Notes: generated by a model not told the origin, from the sequence alone. Shown: positions 1-6,937, numbered from the stretch's first letter. The stretch: DNA of 32,000 bases from Candidatus Iainarchaeum sp. (GCA_043808785.1 JAZDEL010000010.1:180001-212000); one strand, 5' to 3'. A program made the numbers and translations.

Positions 1-8
1 GCATGTTT

Positions 9-79
9 GGTTCCTGCGGAAACCATACAGCCCCCATATGCCCGCATTTTCGGGGTGCAGGGTTCCTGCGGAAACCATA
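9..79. repeat. Two direct copies of the 19-nt imperfect dyad GGTTCCTGCGGAAACCATA (9-27, 61-79), 52-bp period
   Basis: Identical 19-mers read directly. Each contains TCC-N3-GGAAAC. An AT-rich stretch follows (80-106). The window edge truncates the context. Confidence 0.9.
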
Positions 80-93
80 TAAAACTCTATGGG

Positions 94-103
94 TTAAAAT
101 ATA
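94..103 (+). promoter_or_regulatory. TATA-box-like element (TTAAAATATA) upstream of tRNA-Ser
   Basis: AT-rich octamer about 28-37 nt upstream of tRNA 5' end at 131, which is typical archaeal promoter spacing. Confidence 0.5.
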
Positions 104-130
104 ACAGGGCATTTTGCCCGTGCCTCCCAT

Positions 131-342
131 GCGGGGGTGGCGGAGTGGTCTAACGCGGCAGCCTGCTACAACTTTTTCTTAAAAAGAAAAAGTTGGCAAA
201 AAGAACAGTCCGCGCTTGTGCGCGGACAACTGCCCGCCTTCGGCGGGCTGTTTCTTTTGTCAACTTTTCTTTTTTAAAGAAAAGTTGAGTTGCAGCGAGC
301 TGTTGCCCTCTGGGCGCACGAGTTCGAATCTCGTCCCCCGCG
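131..342 (+). tRNA. tRNA-Ser(GCU), class II, with 129-nt intron (169-297) at the canonical 37/38 position
   Basis: Acceptor GCGGGGG(131-137)/CCCCCGC(335-341), discriminator G342. D-arm GCG-GAGTGGTCTAA-CGC. Anticodon stem GCAGC(158-162)/GCTGT(299-303), loop CT-GCT-A. 14-nt variable arm (304-317). T-arm ACGAG-TTCGAAT-CTCGT(318-334). Intron boundaries sit in a helix-bulge-helix-bulge-helix: CTGC(163-166)/GCAG(292-295), bulges TAC(167-169) and CGA(296-298), outer helix AACT(170-173)/AGTT(288-291). Confidence 0.85.
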
Positions 343-344
343 TT

Positions 345-400
345 AAACCTTTTCGGAGCGTGGGTTTTCGCTTGGGCTCAAACCCACTTCCAAAAGGTTT
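345..400 (+). other. 56-nt extended stem-loop immediately 3' of tRNA-Ser
   Basis: AAACCTTTT(345-353) pairs with AAAAGGTTT(392-400). The inner stem is TGGGTTT(361-367)/AAACCCA(381-387). It could be a trailer/terminator structure; function unknown. Confidence 0.5.
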
Positions 401-402
401 GC

Positions 403-476
403 GAAAAACGTTAGCCTGCAAAAGGCTTGCGAAAGAAACACAAGGCACGGTTGGAGAAAAACGTTAGCCTGCAAAA
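403..476. repeat. Perfect 21-nt direct repeat GAAAAACGTTAGCCTGCAAAA (403-423, 456-476), 53-bp period
   Basis: Read directly. Lies in the 180-nt spacer between tRNA-Ser and the 3' end of the permease gene. Confidence 0.9.
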
Positions 477-522
477 AGAAGGGTTTCCGCTTCGCGGAAA
501 TCACGCCGCTTATTTGCGGTTT

Positions 523-1500
523 TCAGAACAGCATGCCCTGCACGGCGTTGAATATGTAGCCCGTTATTATTACCCCCAGTGCCACGGTTGCGAAGAAAAT
601 AACCACAAGTCTCGGTTTCATCACGCGCTTCAGCATTATCGCCTCGGGCAAACTTAACGCCGCGGTTGCCATCATGAACGCGAGCGCAGTGCCAAGAGGA
701 ATTCCCTTTTCAAAAAGCGCCACTGCTATGGGAACAACAGCAGCGCAGTTCGCGTAAAGTGGCACGCCTATAAGCACCGCGAGCGGCACTGTGAATATTC
801 CCCCGCCCTGCACGATTGCGTTTATTGCCTCCTCCGGAACAAAGCCGTGTATCAGCGCCCCGATTGCAACTCCCGCAATAACCCAGAGCCATATTTTTTT
901 TACAATTGAAACCCCCTCCTTCAGGCCGAAGCCCGCCCTCTCGCGCAGGGTGTTGTACCTCGCCTTCCACTCCGCAGATTTCCCCTCTCCCGCAAACTCC
1001 CGCTCGACATATTTCTCAAGCCCCATCCTGCCGAGGATAATTCCCCCTAAAGTGCCCATAATTATTCCGCCGAGCACGTAAAGCGCGGTAACCTCCCAGC
1101 CGAAGAAGCCGAGCATTATCACGGCAACATATTCATTCACAAGCGGCGAGGTTATGAGGAATGAAAAATTCACCCCAAGCGGCACGCCCGCCTCCATGAA
1201 CCCTATGAAAACGGGTATCGAGGAGCAGGAGCAGAACGGCGTTACCGCACCGAAAATCGCGGCAATCAGGTTTCCCAACCCCGCGCGCCTGCGGGAAAGA
1301 ATTTCCCTTACCCTGTGCTTCGGCAGGTATGTGCGCAGGAACCCCACAATCGCAATCATCACGAAAAGCAGGATAAGTATTTTTATGGAATCATAAATAA
1401 GGAAATTCAGCGATTCCGCGAGCGTGCCACCGCTTTCGCCGAAAACCGCGCGAACGACAAAATCCGCAAAAGCCTGAATAGGGTAAAACAAGTCAACCAT
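523..1500 (-). CDS. Multi-pass membrane permease, COG0701/ArsP_1-like family
   Basis: 325-aa ORF with about 8 hydrophobic segments and the TPFCSCSS motif I associate with this permease family. A central hydrophilic loop separates two halves. Confidence 0.7.
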   Translation of the reverse strand: MVDLFYPIQAFADFVVRAVFGESGGTLAESLNFLIYDSIKILILLFVMIAIVGFLRTYLPKHRVREILSRRRAGLGNLIAAIFGAVTPFCSCSSIPVFIGFMEAGVPLGVNFSFLITSPLVNEYVAVIMLGFFGWEVTALYVLGGIIMGTLGGIILGRMGLEKYVEREFAGEGKSAEWKARYNTLRERAGFGLKEGVSIVKKIWLWVIAGVAIGALIHGFVPEEAINAIVQGGGIFTVPLAVLIGVPLYANCAAVVPIAVALFEKGIPLGTALAFMMATAALSLPEAIMLKRVMKPRLVVIFFATVALGVIITGYIFNAVQGMLF

Positions 1501-1565
1501 TTTTCCGCCCCTCTGCCCGATTATGCCCGCTTACCCTTTTAACCCTTTCCCAACCCATTTGAACC

Positions 1566-2141
1566 ATGAAGAAAAAAATATTCGCGGTCGCGTTTTTGTT
1601 TTTGGTTCTTGCCGGCTGTTCACAGCCTGCAGAGAACACAAACACTTCCGCGGGTTCGGGCAGCCCCGCGGTTAACGCTGGCGGGAACCAGCAGTCTTCT
1701 GGAGGGGATGATGCAATGAAAACGGTTGCGAAAGGCGACACTGTGAAAGTTGAATACGTCGGGAAGTTCCCCGGCGGGGAAGTGTTTGACAAAAGCGAAG
1801 GGCGCGGGCCGCTTGAATTTACCGTCGGCGCGGGGCAGATGATTGCGGGCTTCGATGAGGCTGTTGTGGGGATGAAACTTAACTCGGAGAAAACCGTAAC
1901 AATTCCTCCCGAGAAGGCTTACGGAACCCTTGACCCTTCGCTTGTTGTGGAGGTTCCCCTCGCCAACATAGGCGGGGACGGGAATGTGCAAATAGGCTCG
2001 ACACTTACCGCCGCCAACGGCAGACAGGCAACGGTTGTAGGCATCAGCGACGGCAATGCGAAAATCTCATTCGCCCACCCCCTTGCGGGAAAAACCCTGG
2101 AATTCCGGATTAAGGTTGTATCTATTGTGAAGGCAAAATAG
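1566..2141 (+). CDS. Secreted lipoprotein FKBP-type peptidyl-prolyl cis-trans isomerase
   Basis: N-terminal signal with lipobox LAGC. FKBP core: VKVEYVGKF..GEVFDKS...PLEFTVGAGQMIAGFDEAVVGMK. Confidence 0.85.
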   Translation: MKKKIFAVAFLFLVLAGCSQPAENTNTSAGSGSPAVNAGGNQQSSGGDDAMKTVAKGDTVKVEYVGKFPGGEVFDKSEGRGPLEFTVGAGQMIAGFDEAVVGMKLNSEKTVTIPPEKAYGTLDPSLVVEVPLANIGGDGNVQIGSTLTAANGRQATVVGISDGNAKISFAHPLAGKTLEFRIKVVSIVKAK

Positions 2142-2178
2142 GCGCGCTTCCTTCAAAATATGTGAAACCACAGAAACC

Positions 2179-2186
2179 TTTAAATA
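2179..2186 (+). promoter_or_regulatory. TATA box (TTTAAATA) for the antitoxin-PIN pair
   Basis: 32 nt upstream of ATG 2218, which implies a short or absent leader. Confidence 0.55.
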
Positions 2187-2217
2187 TGTGTTCTCACATA
2201 TATTCATCGGTGATGTT

Positions 2218-2451
2218 ATGGGAAATATGACTCTTGCAATCCCCGATGAACTGCAGAAAAAGATGTCAAAGCATTCGGAAATAAGGTGGAGCACGGTTGC
2301 CAGAACCGCCCTTGAGCGGAAACTATCCGAGCTCGAACTGATGGATAAATTGCTCTCGAGAAGCGAACTCACGGAGGAGGACGCGGAAATGATTGGGCAC
2401 GACATAAAGTCGCAGATAATGAAGCGCTTCGAAAAAAGGTTTGGCTCATGA
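2218..2451 (+). CDS. Small antitoxin-like protein (VapB-like partner of the PIN protein)
   Basis: 77 aa from ATG 2218; the ORF track starts at GTG 2188. Its stop overlaps the PIN start (ATGA at 2448-2451). N-terminal strand-like MTLAIPDELQKKM is followed by helical acidic regions. Confidence 0.6.
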   Translation: MGNMTLAIPDELQKKMSKHSEIRWSTVARTALERKLSELELMDKLLSRSELTEEDAEMIGHDIKSQIMKRFEKRFGS

Positions 2452-2861
2452 AGCTTGTTGTGGACACGAACCGCATAATCGCCGCGCTCGTTCGGGACTC
2501 CTATTCCAGGCGCATAATTCTGTCCGAAAAGTTCGAATTTGCCACAGTTGAGTTCGGCATTTCCGAGGTAAAAAAGCACAGGAATTACATACTCAAGAAG
2601 GCAAAACTCAGCACTGAACAATTTAATGATTTAATGACGAGGTTCCTCGTCAGGATTGAGGTTCTTTCCGAGGAAGAAATAAGCGCCAAAGCATACGCCG
2701 ATGCCGTAAAAATAATGGGCGCGATAGATAAAGCCGACGTGCCTTTCATCGCCCTTGCGCTTGGAATAAAGAACGACGGAATATGGTCGGATGACGGGCA
2801 TTTCCTGAAGCAAAAGGCTGTGAAGGTCTGGCGGACGAAGCCGCTGGCAGACAAGCTTTAA
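2448..2861 (+). CDS. PIN-domain ribonuclease (VapC-like toxin)
   Basis: 137 aa. N-terminal VVDTN motif and later acidic residues (SDDGHF) are typical of PIN domains. 4-nt overlap with the upstream small gene. Confidence 0.75.
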   Translation: MKLVVDTNRIIAALVRDSYSRRIILSEKFEFATVEFGISEVKKHRNYILKKAKLSTEQFNDLMTRFLVRIEVLSEEEISAKAYADAVKIMGAIDKADVPFIALALGIKNDGIWSDDGHFLKQKAVKVWRTKPLADKL

Positions 2862-2888
2862 TATCCCCTCGCCCTATAATTATTTCAC

Positions 2889-2972
2889 GCACGGGTACCG
2901 AAGCGGCCGAACGGGCCGGACTCAAGATCCGGTGGCTTAGTGCCTTCGCAGGTTCGAATCCTGCCCCGTGCA
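2889..2972 (+). tRNA. tRNA-Leu(CAA), class II, no intron
   Basis: Acceptor GCACGGG/CCCGTGC, discriminator A2972. Anticodon arm CCGGA-CTCAAGA-TCCGG. Long variable arm. T-arm GCAGG-TTCGAAT-CCTGC. Confidence 0.9.
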
Positions 2973-2978
2973 CTTACC

Positions 2979-3011
2979 CCTACAAAAAACATACATTTAT
3001 ATATTTGTAGG
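2979..3011 (+). promoter_or_regulatory. TATA box TTTATATA (2996-3003) bracketed by 8-bp inverted repeat CCTACAAA(2979-2986)/TTTGTAGG(3004-3011)
   Basis: The TATA ends 23 nt before the Fic ATG at 3026, consistent with a leaderless transcript. The inverted repeat embraces the TATA, so it may be an operator, or a hairpin after tRNA-Leu. Confidence 0.5.
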
Positions 3012-3025
3012 TCTAAATATTATTC

Positions 3026-4021
3026 ATGGCATACCTGAAGGAAAAGGCAATAAGCGGCAAGAAGTATCTCTACTTAACCAAATCCATCAGGCTGCCTGAC
3101 GGCAGCGTTAAAACCCTGCAGAAGCTTCTGAAGGGCGATGAGGGCAAGGCAGGACTTAATGCGCTCGAGCCGAAATATGCGGATTTTTTTGTGCAAAAGG
3201 AGAAGGATGCTTATGTCGAATCCGCGCTCGGGAAATACAAAACCGATTCGGTTTTCACGGCGGCGGAAATAAAAAAAATAGAGGAAATAAAGGCCGACTA
3301 CAGGCGCATCCTCAAAGGCTTAACAAAAGAGCAGAGGAAGGACGTGTTCGACAGGTTTACCGCGAACTTCACGTACGAATCGAACGCAATAGAGGGCAAC
3401 AGCCTCACTCTCAAAGATGTGGCAATCGTGATGTTCGAGAAAAGGGCTGTCGAGGGCAAGGACTTGAGGGAAATTTACGAAACAAGGAACAGCCGCGAGG
3501 TGATGGAGCGGATGCTGAAGAATAAGTTCGGCATAGGGGAAAAGGACATACTGAGCATGCACAGGATGCTCATGAAAAACATAGACACAAGAACCGGCTA
3601 CAAAATAATCCCGAATTTTATCACGGGCAGCACAGTAAAGCTCGCTCTGCCTGAAGATGTGCCGCGTGAGATGAACGGGCTTATCGAATGGCATGAGAAG
3701 GGCGCTGAGAAAATTCACCCTTTGCAGCTTGCCGCACTTTTCCACGGCAAGTTTGAAAGGATTCACCCCTTCGAGGACGGCAACGGCAGGGTTGGCAGGT
3801 TCCTTTCCAACATAATCCTCATGCAGAACGGATACCCGCCGCTGATAATAAGGAAAAGCCAGCGCGATTCATACATCAAATGCCTCGAGGATTTCCACAG
3901 GGGCTACACAACAAACCTCGAGCGCTTTTTCCTCGAGAAATACAAGAAAACCTACAGGAATTTCTTCGCGGTTTACCTGAAGTATGTCGGCTCCGCCAAA
4001 GAGAGGGCTGCGAAAAAGTAA
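3026..4021 (+). CDS. Fic-domain protein (AMPylase family) with intramolecular inhibitory motif
   Basis: Canonical Fic motif HPFEDGNGRVGR. An upstream SNAIEG segment fits the [S/T]xxxE[G/N] inhibitory-helix motif, placed N-terminal to the core (class II arrangement). Confidence 0.9.
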   Translation: MAYLKEKAISGKKYLYLTKSIRLPDGSVKTLQKLLKGDEGKAGLNALEPKYADFFVQKEKDAYVESALGKYKTDSVFTAAEIKKIEEIKADYRRILKGLTKEQRKDVFDRFTANFTYESNAIEGNSLTLKDVAIVMFEKRAVEGKDLREIYETRNSREVMERMLKNKFGIGEKDILSMHRMLMKNIDTRTGYKIIPNFITGSTVKLALPEDVPREMNGLIEWHEKGAEKIHPLQLAALFHGKFERIHPFEDGNGRVGRFLSNIILMQNGYPPLIIRKSQRDSYIKCLEDFHRGYTTNLERFFLEKYKKTYRNFFAVYLKYVGSAKERAAKK

Positions 4022-4039
4022 GGCGCGGTCACCCGCGCC
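4022..4039 (+). terminator. GC hairpin GGCGCGG-TCAC-CCGCGCC directly after the Fic stop
   Basis: 7-bp perfect stem followed by TTTCC. Lies between convergent genes. Confidence 0.4.
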
Positions 4040-4144
4040 TTTCCACGAGGGGCAGACAAATTTTTTCAGGGGGCGGGTCGGGTTAGTCAAAGCATTATAA
4101 CTGCTTTGTGCATAAATTACATCATGCGCCGAAGTGCGGGAGCG

Positions 4145-4753
4145 CTATATTGAAAACCAATCTCTATTGCTTAGCCCCTCTTTCCACTGCAAGAACTTTT
4201 TTTGCGTTTCTGAAACCATGTTGACCTCTTTCGTGTCAACAATGTAAGGCCTGCCAATGTTTTTTTCAGAGTCAATCACAACGAGCCAATTTTTCGCGTT
4301 CAAATTAAAACCGTGCTTTGCGGCTTTCGTTCCCTCCTCATTCATTTGATGTACAATGTCATTAAAATTTCTCAGAGTGTGAACTTGAGGATTTAACCCT
4401 CCAGGATTCACGTAATCAACTACTTTAAACTTGCCCCCTTCAGACAGGTCGGTCATTATAATGGAACCTCTCTCCGAAAGCATGAACCTTGGGGGGACAC
4501 TCAATTTGAGTTTTTTCAATTCGCCTAAAATGAAAACTGACCGTGGATATAAGCCTTCAAAGCCTGCCTTGAAAATCTTCTCCACAAAGGGCAGCCTTTT
4601 CCTGCCGATTGTTACTAAAACACGCCGAGACCTCCCGGCAACTCCGCCACCAGCATCCTGCCCGGTCTGTTCAATTGAACATTCAAAAGAATTGCCGCGG
4701 TGGCGTATCAGTCTTGATTTAAGGCTGCCGCCATGGCTTATTATCAGGAGCAT
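4145..4753 (-). CDS. Hypothetical protein (orphan, AT-richer than its surroundings)
   Basis: 202-aa ORF with ordinary soluble-protein composition. AT-rich TATA-like sequence upstream (about 4775-4785). No motif I can name with confidence. Confidence 0.55.
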   Translation of the reverse strand: MLLIISHGGSLKSRLIRHRGNSFECSIEQTGQDAGGGVAGRSRRVLVTIGRKRLPFVEKIFKAGFEGLYPRSVFILGELKKLKLSVPPRFMLSERGSIIMTDLSEGGKFKVVDYVNPGGLNPQVHTLRNFNDIVHQMNEEGTKAAKHGFNLNAKNWLVVIDSEKNIGRPYIVDTKEVNMVSETQKKFLQWKEGLSNRDWFSI

Positions 4754-4900
4754 ACTATAAATACGAGTACAACATATTTATTAGTTTGCATATCGTGCGG
4801 CTCATCCTTTCAGCCCCCGCACCGGCAACCTACTCTCCCGCAACCCTTATTAACCAGAACGCGCATATGCAATAAAGCGCCGGTGATTTGAAACCAAAAC

Positions 4901-4997
4901 AACTTTTCTTTAAAAAAGAAAAGTTTTCAAACTGAAAGTTTGAAAATTTTCGGGCATAGCCCGAAAAGTTGACAAAAGAAACAGTTCGCCCGCGGAC
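4901..4997. repeat. Intergenic array of four hairpins related to the tRNA-Ser intron (opposite orientation)
   Basis: 4901-4925 is the reverse complement of 262-286 (25/25). 4971-4984 is the reverse complement of 248-261 (14/14). The inserted 45 nt (4926-4970) forms two further hairpins (4926-4944; about 4947-4968). A GC palindrome lies at 4985-5000. Confidence 0.9.
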
Positions 4998-5017
4998 GAA
5001 CAATTTGGGTTATTCCC

Positions 5018-5221
5018 ATGCCCGAATGCAAAAAGGAAAAAAACCTGAAGAACTGCACATGCACCTACAAAGGCTGCGCAAGAAAAGGGATGTGCTGCGA
5101 GTGCATAGCGCACCACCGCGAGGCGGGCGAGATTCCCGGCTGCCTCTTTTCAAAGGAAGCGGAACGCTCGTACGACCGCAGCATTGAAAAATTCATCGCC
5201 GATGCGCAGGCGCGCCGCTAA
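5018..5221 (+). CDS. Small cysteine-rich cytoplasmic protein (DUF6485-like family as I recall it)
   Basis: 67 aa with the pattern ECKKE.NLKNCTCTY.GC.RKG.CCECI.HH...GE.PGC.F; 9 Cys in the first 42 residues. Confidence 0.6.
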   Translation: MPECKKEKNLKNCTCTYKGCARKGMCCECIAHHREAGEIPGCLFSKEAERSYDRSIEKFIADAQARR

Positions 5222-5607
5222 GCGAACTTCAAAAACTTTATTTTAACCGTGAGTTCCTTCGCCGCCTTTCCCTTCAGCAGGGTGCCGTTTATTTTCTTCG
5301 CGCCGAGCGTTACCGCGATATGCAGGTCCCCCGCATACTTCCCGTCGCCCTGCCTTATGAACTTCCCGCTCCCCGCGCTCAGCCTCTCGACGTCAAAGCT
5401 TTTCCTGCTCTTGAACCTGTTCCCCTCGAAATAGTTCATGAACCCTTCCTTCCAGAAGCCGCTCATTTCGCTTACCCTGAACTCGTTCAGCCCCGATTCT
5501 TCCGCAGCCTTGTGTATGCACCCGAGTATGTCCTCCCCGTCCTCGAGCGCTATTTTCATTACCTGTTCCGCAGCCTTGTCCCTTGAATATTCCGATTGTA
5601 TCGCCAT
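5218..5607 (-). CDS. PPC/DUF296-like protein (predicted DNA-binding PCC domain)
   Basis: 129 aa. The layout ..GEDILGCI...AEE.GL..F.V....G... then GDLHIAVTLGAKKINGTLLKG resembles the PPC domain C-terminal H.H...GG.L segment. Weak. Confidence 0.45.
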   Translation of the reverse strand: MAIQSEYSRDKAAEQVMKIALEDGEDILGCIHKAAEESGLNEFRVSEMSGFWKEGFMNYFEGNRFKSRKSFDVERLSAGSGKFIRQGDGKYAGDLHIAVTLGAKKINGTLLKGKAAKELTVKIKFLKFA

Positions 5608-5765
5608 TATTCCACCCCGTTCCGCACACCAGTGCAGAATGATGGATGCAATAAAGTAAATAAAAAACTAACCCGCACGCGGCAGAACCGCGGTTTTTCG
5701 GTTTTGCATGCCGGAACAGCCAACCCGCGCGTTTTTTGGTTTTTATGCCTGCGCAGGGAAGCACA

Positions 5766-6170
5766 TCAGTAAACCTTTATAACCGCGCAGGATTCGTCCA
5801 CTTCGACAAAATGGTTCGCCCTTCCCTCCCCGAACGCGGAGCACTGGTTTTCCTGCACGTTATCCACATCCGCGCGCGGGGAGTGCACGACATCGCAAAC
5901 CCATTCGGGGAATTCCTGCAGCGGGTTCGCAAGGCAGGGCCCGTTTGAAAGGTCGGCACCCTTGGCAAACTGTGCCTTGCAGAGCGCGATGCAGGCCTGT
6001 TCCGGTGTTGCTTCGCCCGCGGCGCCCGATGCCGCCCTCATCGCCTCAATGCCTCTTCCGACAGTTTCCGCAGCCTCTTTCTGCGGAACAGCGGTGCCTT
6101 TTGTCATTTCCGATGCGCAGCCAAAGAGAAGAACAGCAAGCGCAACCGCAGGTATGATTTTTCCGTACAT
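5766..6170 (-). CDS. Secreted Cys-containing lipoprotein, function unknown
   Basis: Signal peptide with lipobox LFGC. Its start overlaps the thyX stop by 1 nt (TGATG). Confidence 0.65.
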   Translation of the reverse strand: MYGKIIPAVALAVLLFGCASEMTKGTAVPQKEAAETVGRGIEAMRAASGAAGEATPEQACIALCKAQFAKGADLSNGPCLANPLQEFPEWVCDVVHSPRADVDNVQENQCSAFGEGRANHFVEVDESCAVIKVY

Positions 6171-6937
6171 CAGGAAACGCCCTTGATTACTTCATTCCTC
6201 GGGAGATATCTCCCGCACCCCTTCGCCTCGGGGCAGTAGCCCAGCCTTTCGCACACGGGGCCCGCATTGCCAAACAGCAAAGGTGCAGCCTTCTTCAGTT
6301 CCTCAAGCATCGCATTCGCAAGCTCCCTTATCTCCCACTGCGCGCGCGTGCAAAGCCTGCGCTCGAAAAAGTTCATCAATGAGCGGGCGTTCATTGTAGT
6401 AATTATGCGAGTTTCGGCAGCATTAGGGAGAACAAAGCGCGCATCCTCCTTTGGCACGCCCGCAGCTGCAAGTTCGGCGTAAAGTTTCCTGCACTCCTCC
6501 ATATGCGCGAGGAATTTTTTGTTCGCCTCCTTGTTTTCCTTTACCTTCGGCGGAACAATGAATGCGAAATTTTTCTCGTCGACATAACGTTGCGATTGCT
6601 GGGAGTGTGACGCAATCCTGTGCCTCACCAATTGGTGGGTGCACGCCCTGCTCACGCCCTCGATGCCGAAAGTGAAGTTCGCGTGCTCGAGCACGGAAAA
6701 GTGCCCCGAGGCAACGAGGTGGTTGATAAGCTTCTCCACCTTTGCCTTATCCATTTTTTTCTGCAGTTCCTCTATGTCAACGCCCGCATAGCACAGGTGC
6801 CCCGCTGTGGCAATTGTTAATTCGGGCTCGTTCGTGTGGCGCAGCAGCACGACCTTTAATTTTTTTTCCGAACCCTGCAAACCGCCGCCGTTTTTTGTTT
6901 TTTTATTTTCGCCCATGCTCTCACAACCTTTCCTCAC
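6170..6937 (-). CDS. thyX: FAD-dependent thymidylate synthase ThyX
   Basis: ThyX signature RHRIASHSQQSQRY (RHRxxSxxxxSxR). GTG start at 6937 overlaps the guaB stop (GTGA). Alternative ATG at 6916. Confidence 0.9.
   Translation of the reverse strand: MRKGCESMGENKKTKNGGGLQGSEKKLKVVLLRHTNEPELTIATAGHLCYAGVDIEELQKKMDKAKVEKLINHLVASGHFSVLEHANFTFGIEGVSRACTHQLVRHRIASHSQQSQRYVDEKNFAFIVPPKVKENKEANKKFLAHMEECRKLYAELAAAGVPKEDARFVLPNAAETRIITTMNARSLMNFFERRLCTRAQWEIRELANAMLEELKKAAPLLFGNAGPVCERLGYCPEAKGCGRYLPRNEVIKGVS

Noticed and set aside
1-80. Possible end of a CRISPR array (two repeats with a roughly 33-nt spacer)
   Set aside because: Only 19 nt are shared (flanks differ immediately), which is shorter than known CRISPR repeats. 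Only two copies are visible and no cas genes are in the window. Kept as an ORB-like/operator repeat instead; the upstream sequence would settle it.
216-657. Short ORFs (83, 62 and 76 aa) over the tRNA-Ser intron and the following spacer
   Set aside because: They overlap a tRNA gene and repeat DNA. Their composition is dictated by the palindromic hairpins.
4145-4753. Protein-kinase-like catalytic loop (HGFNLNAKNWLVVID) in the orphan ORF
   Set aside because: The catalytic Asp position is Phe, the Asn spacing is off by one, and the DFG-like Asp follows too closely. Resemblance judged superficial.
4801-4845. Degenerate copy of the tRNA-Leu 3' end (att-like repeat) that would delimit an integrated island 2973-4845
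   Set aside because: Only scattered matches (ATCCT..GCCCC..CAC..CCTAC) that require several gaps. Not distinguishable from chance by eye, and no integrase gene is present.
5621-5660. C-box-like AATGATGG in the spacer upstream of the PPC-like gene
   Set aside because: One mismatch to the UGAUGA consensus, and no downstream D box or terminal stem.
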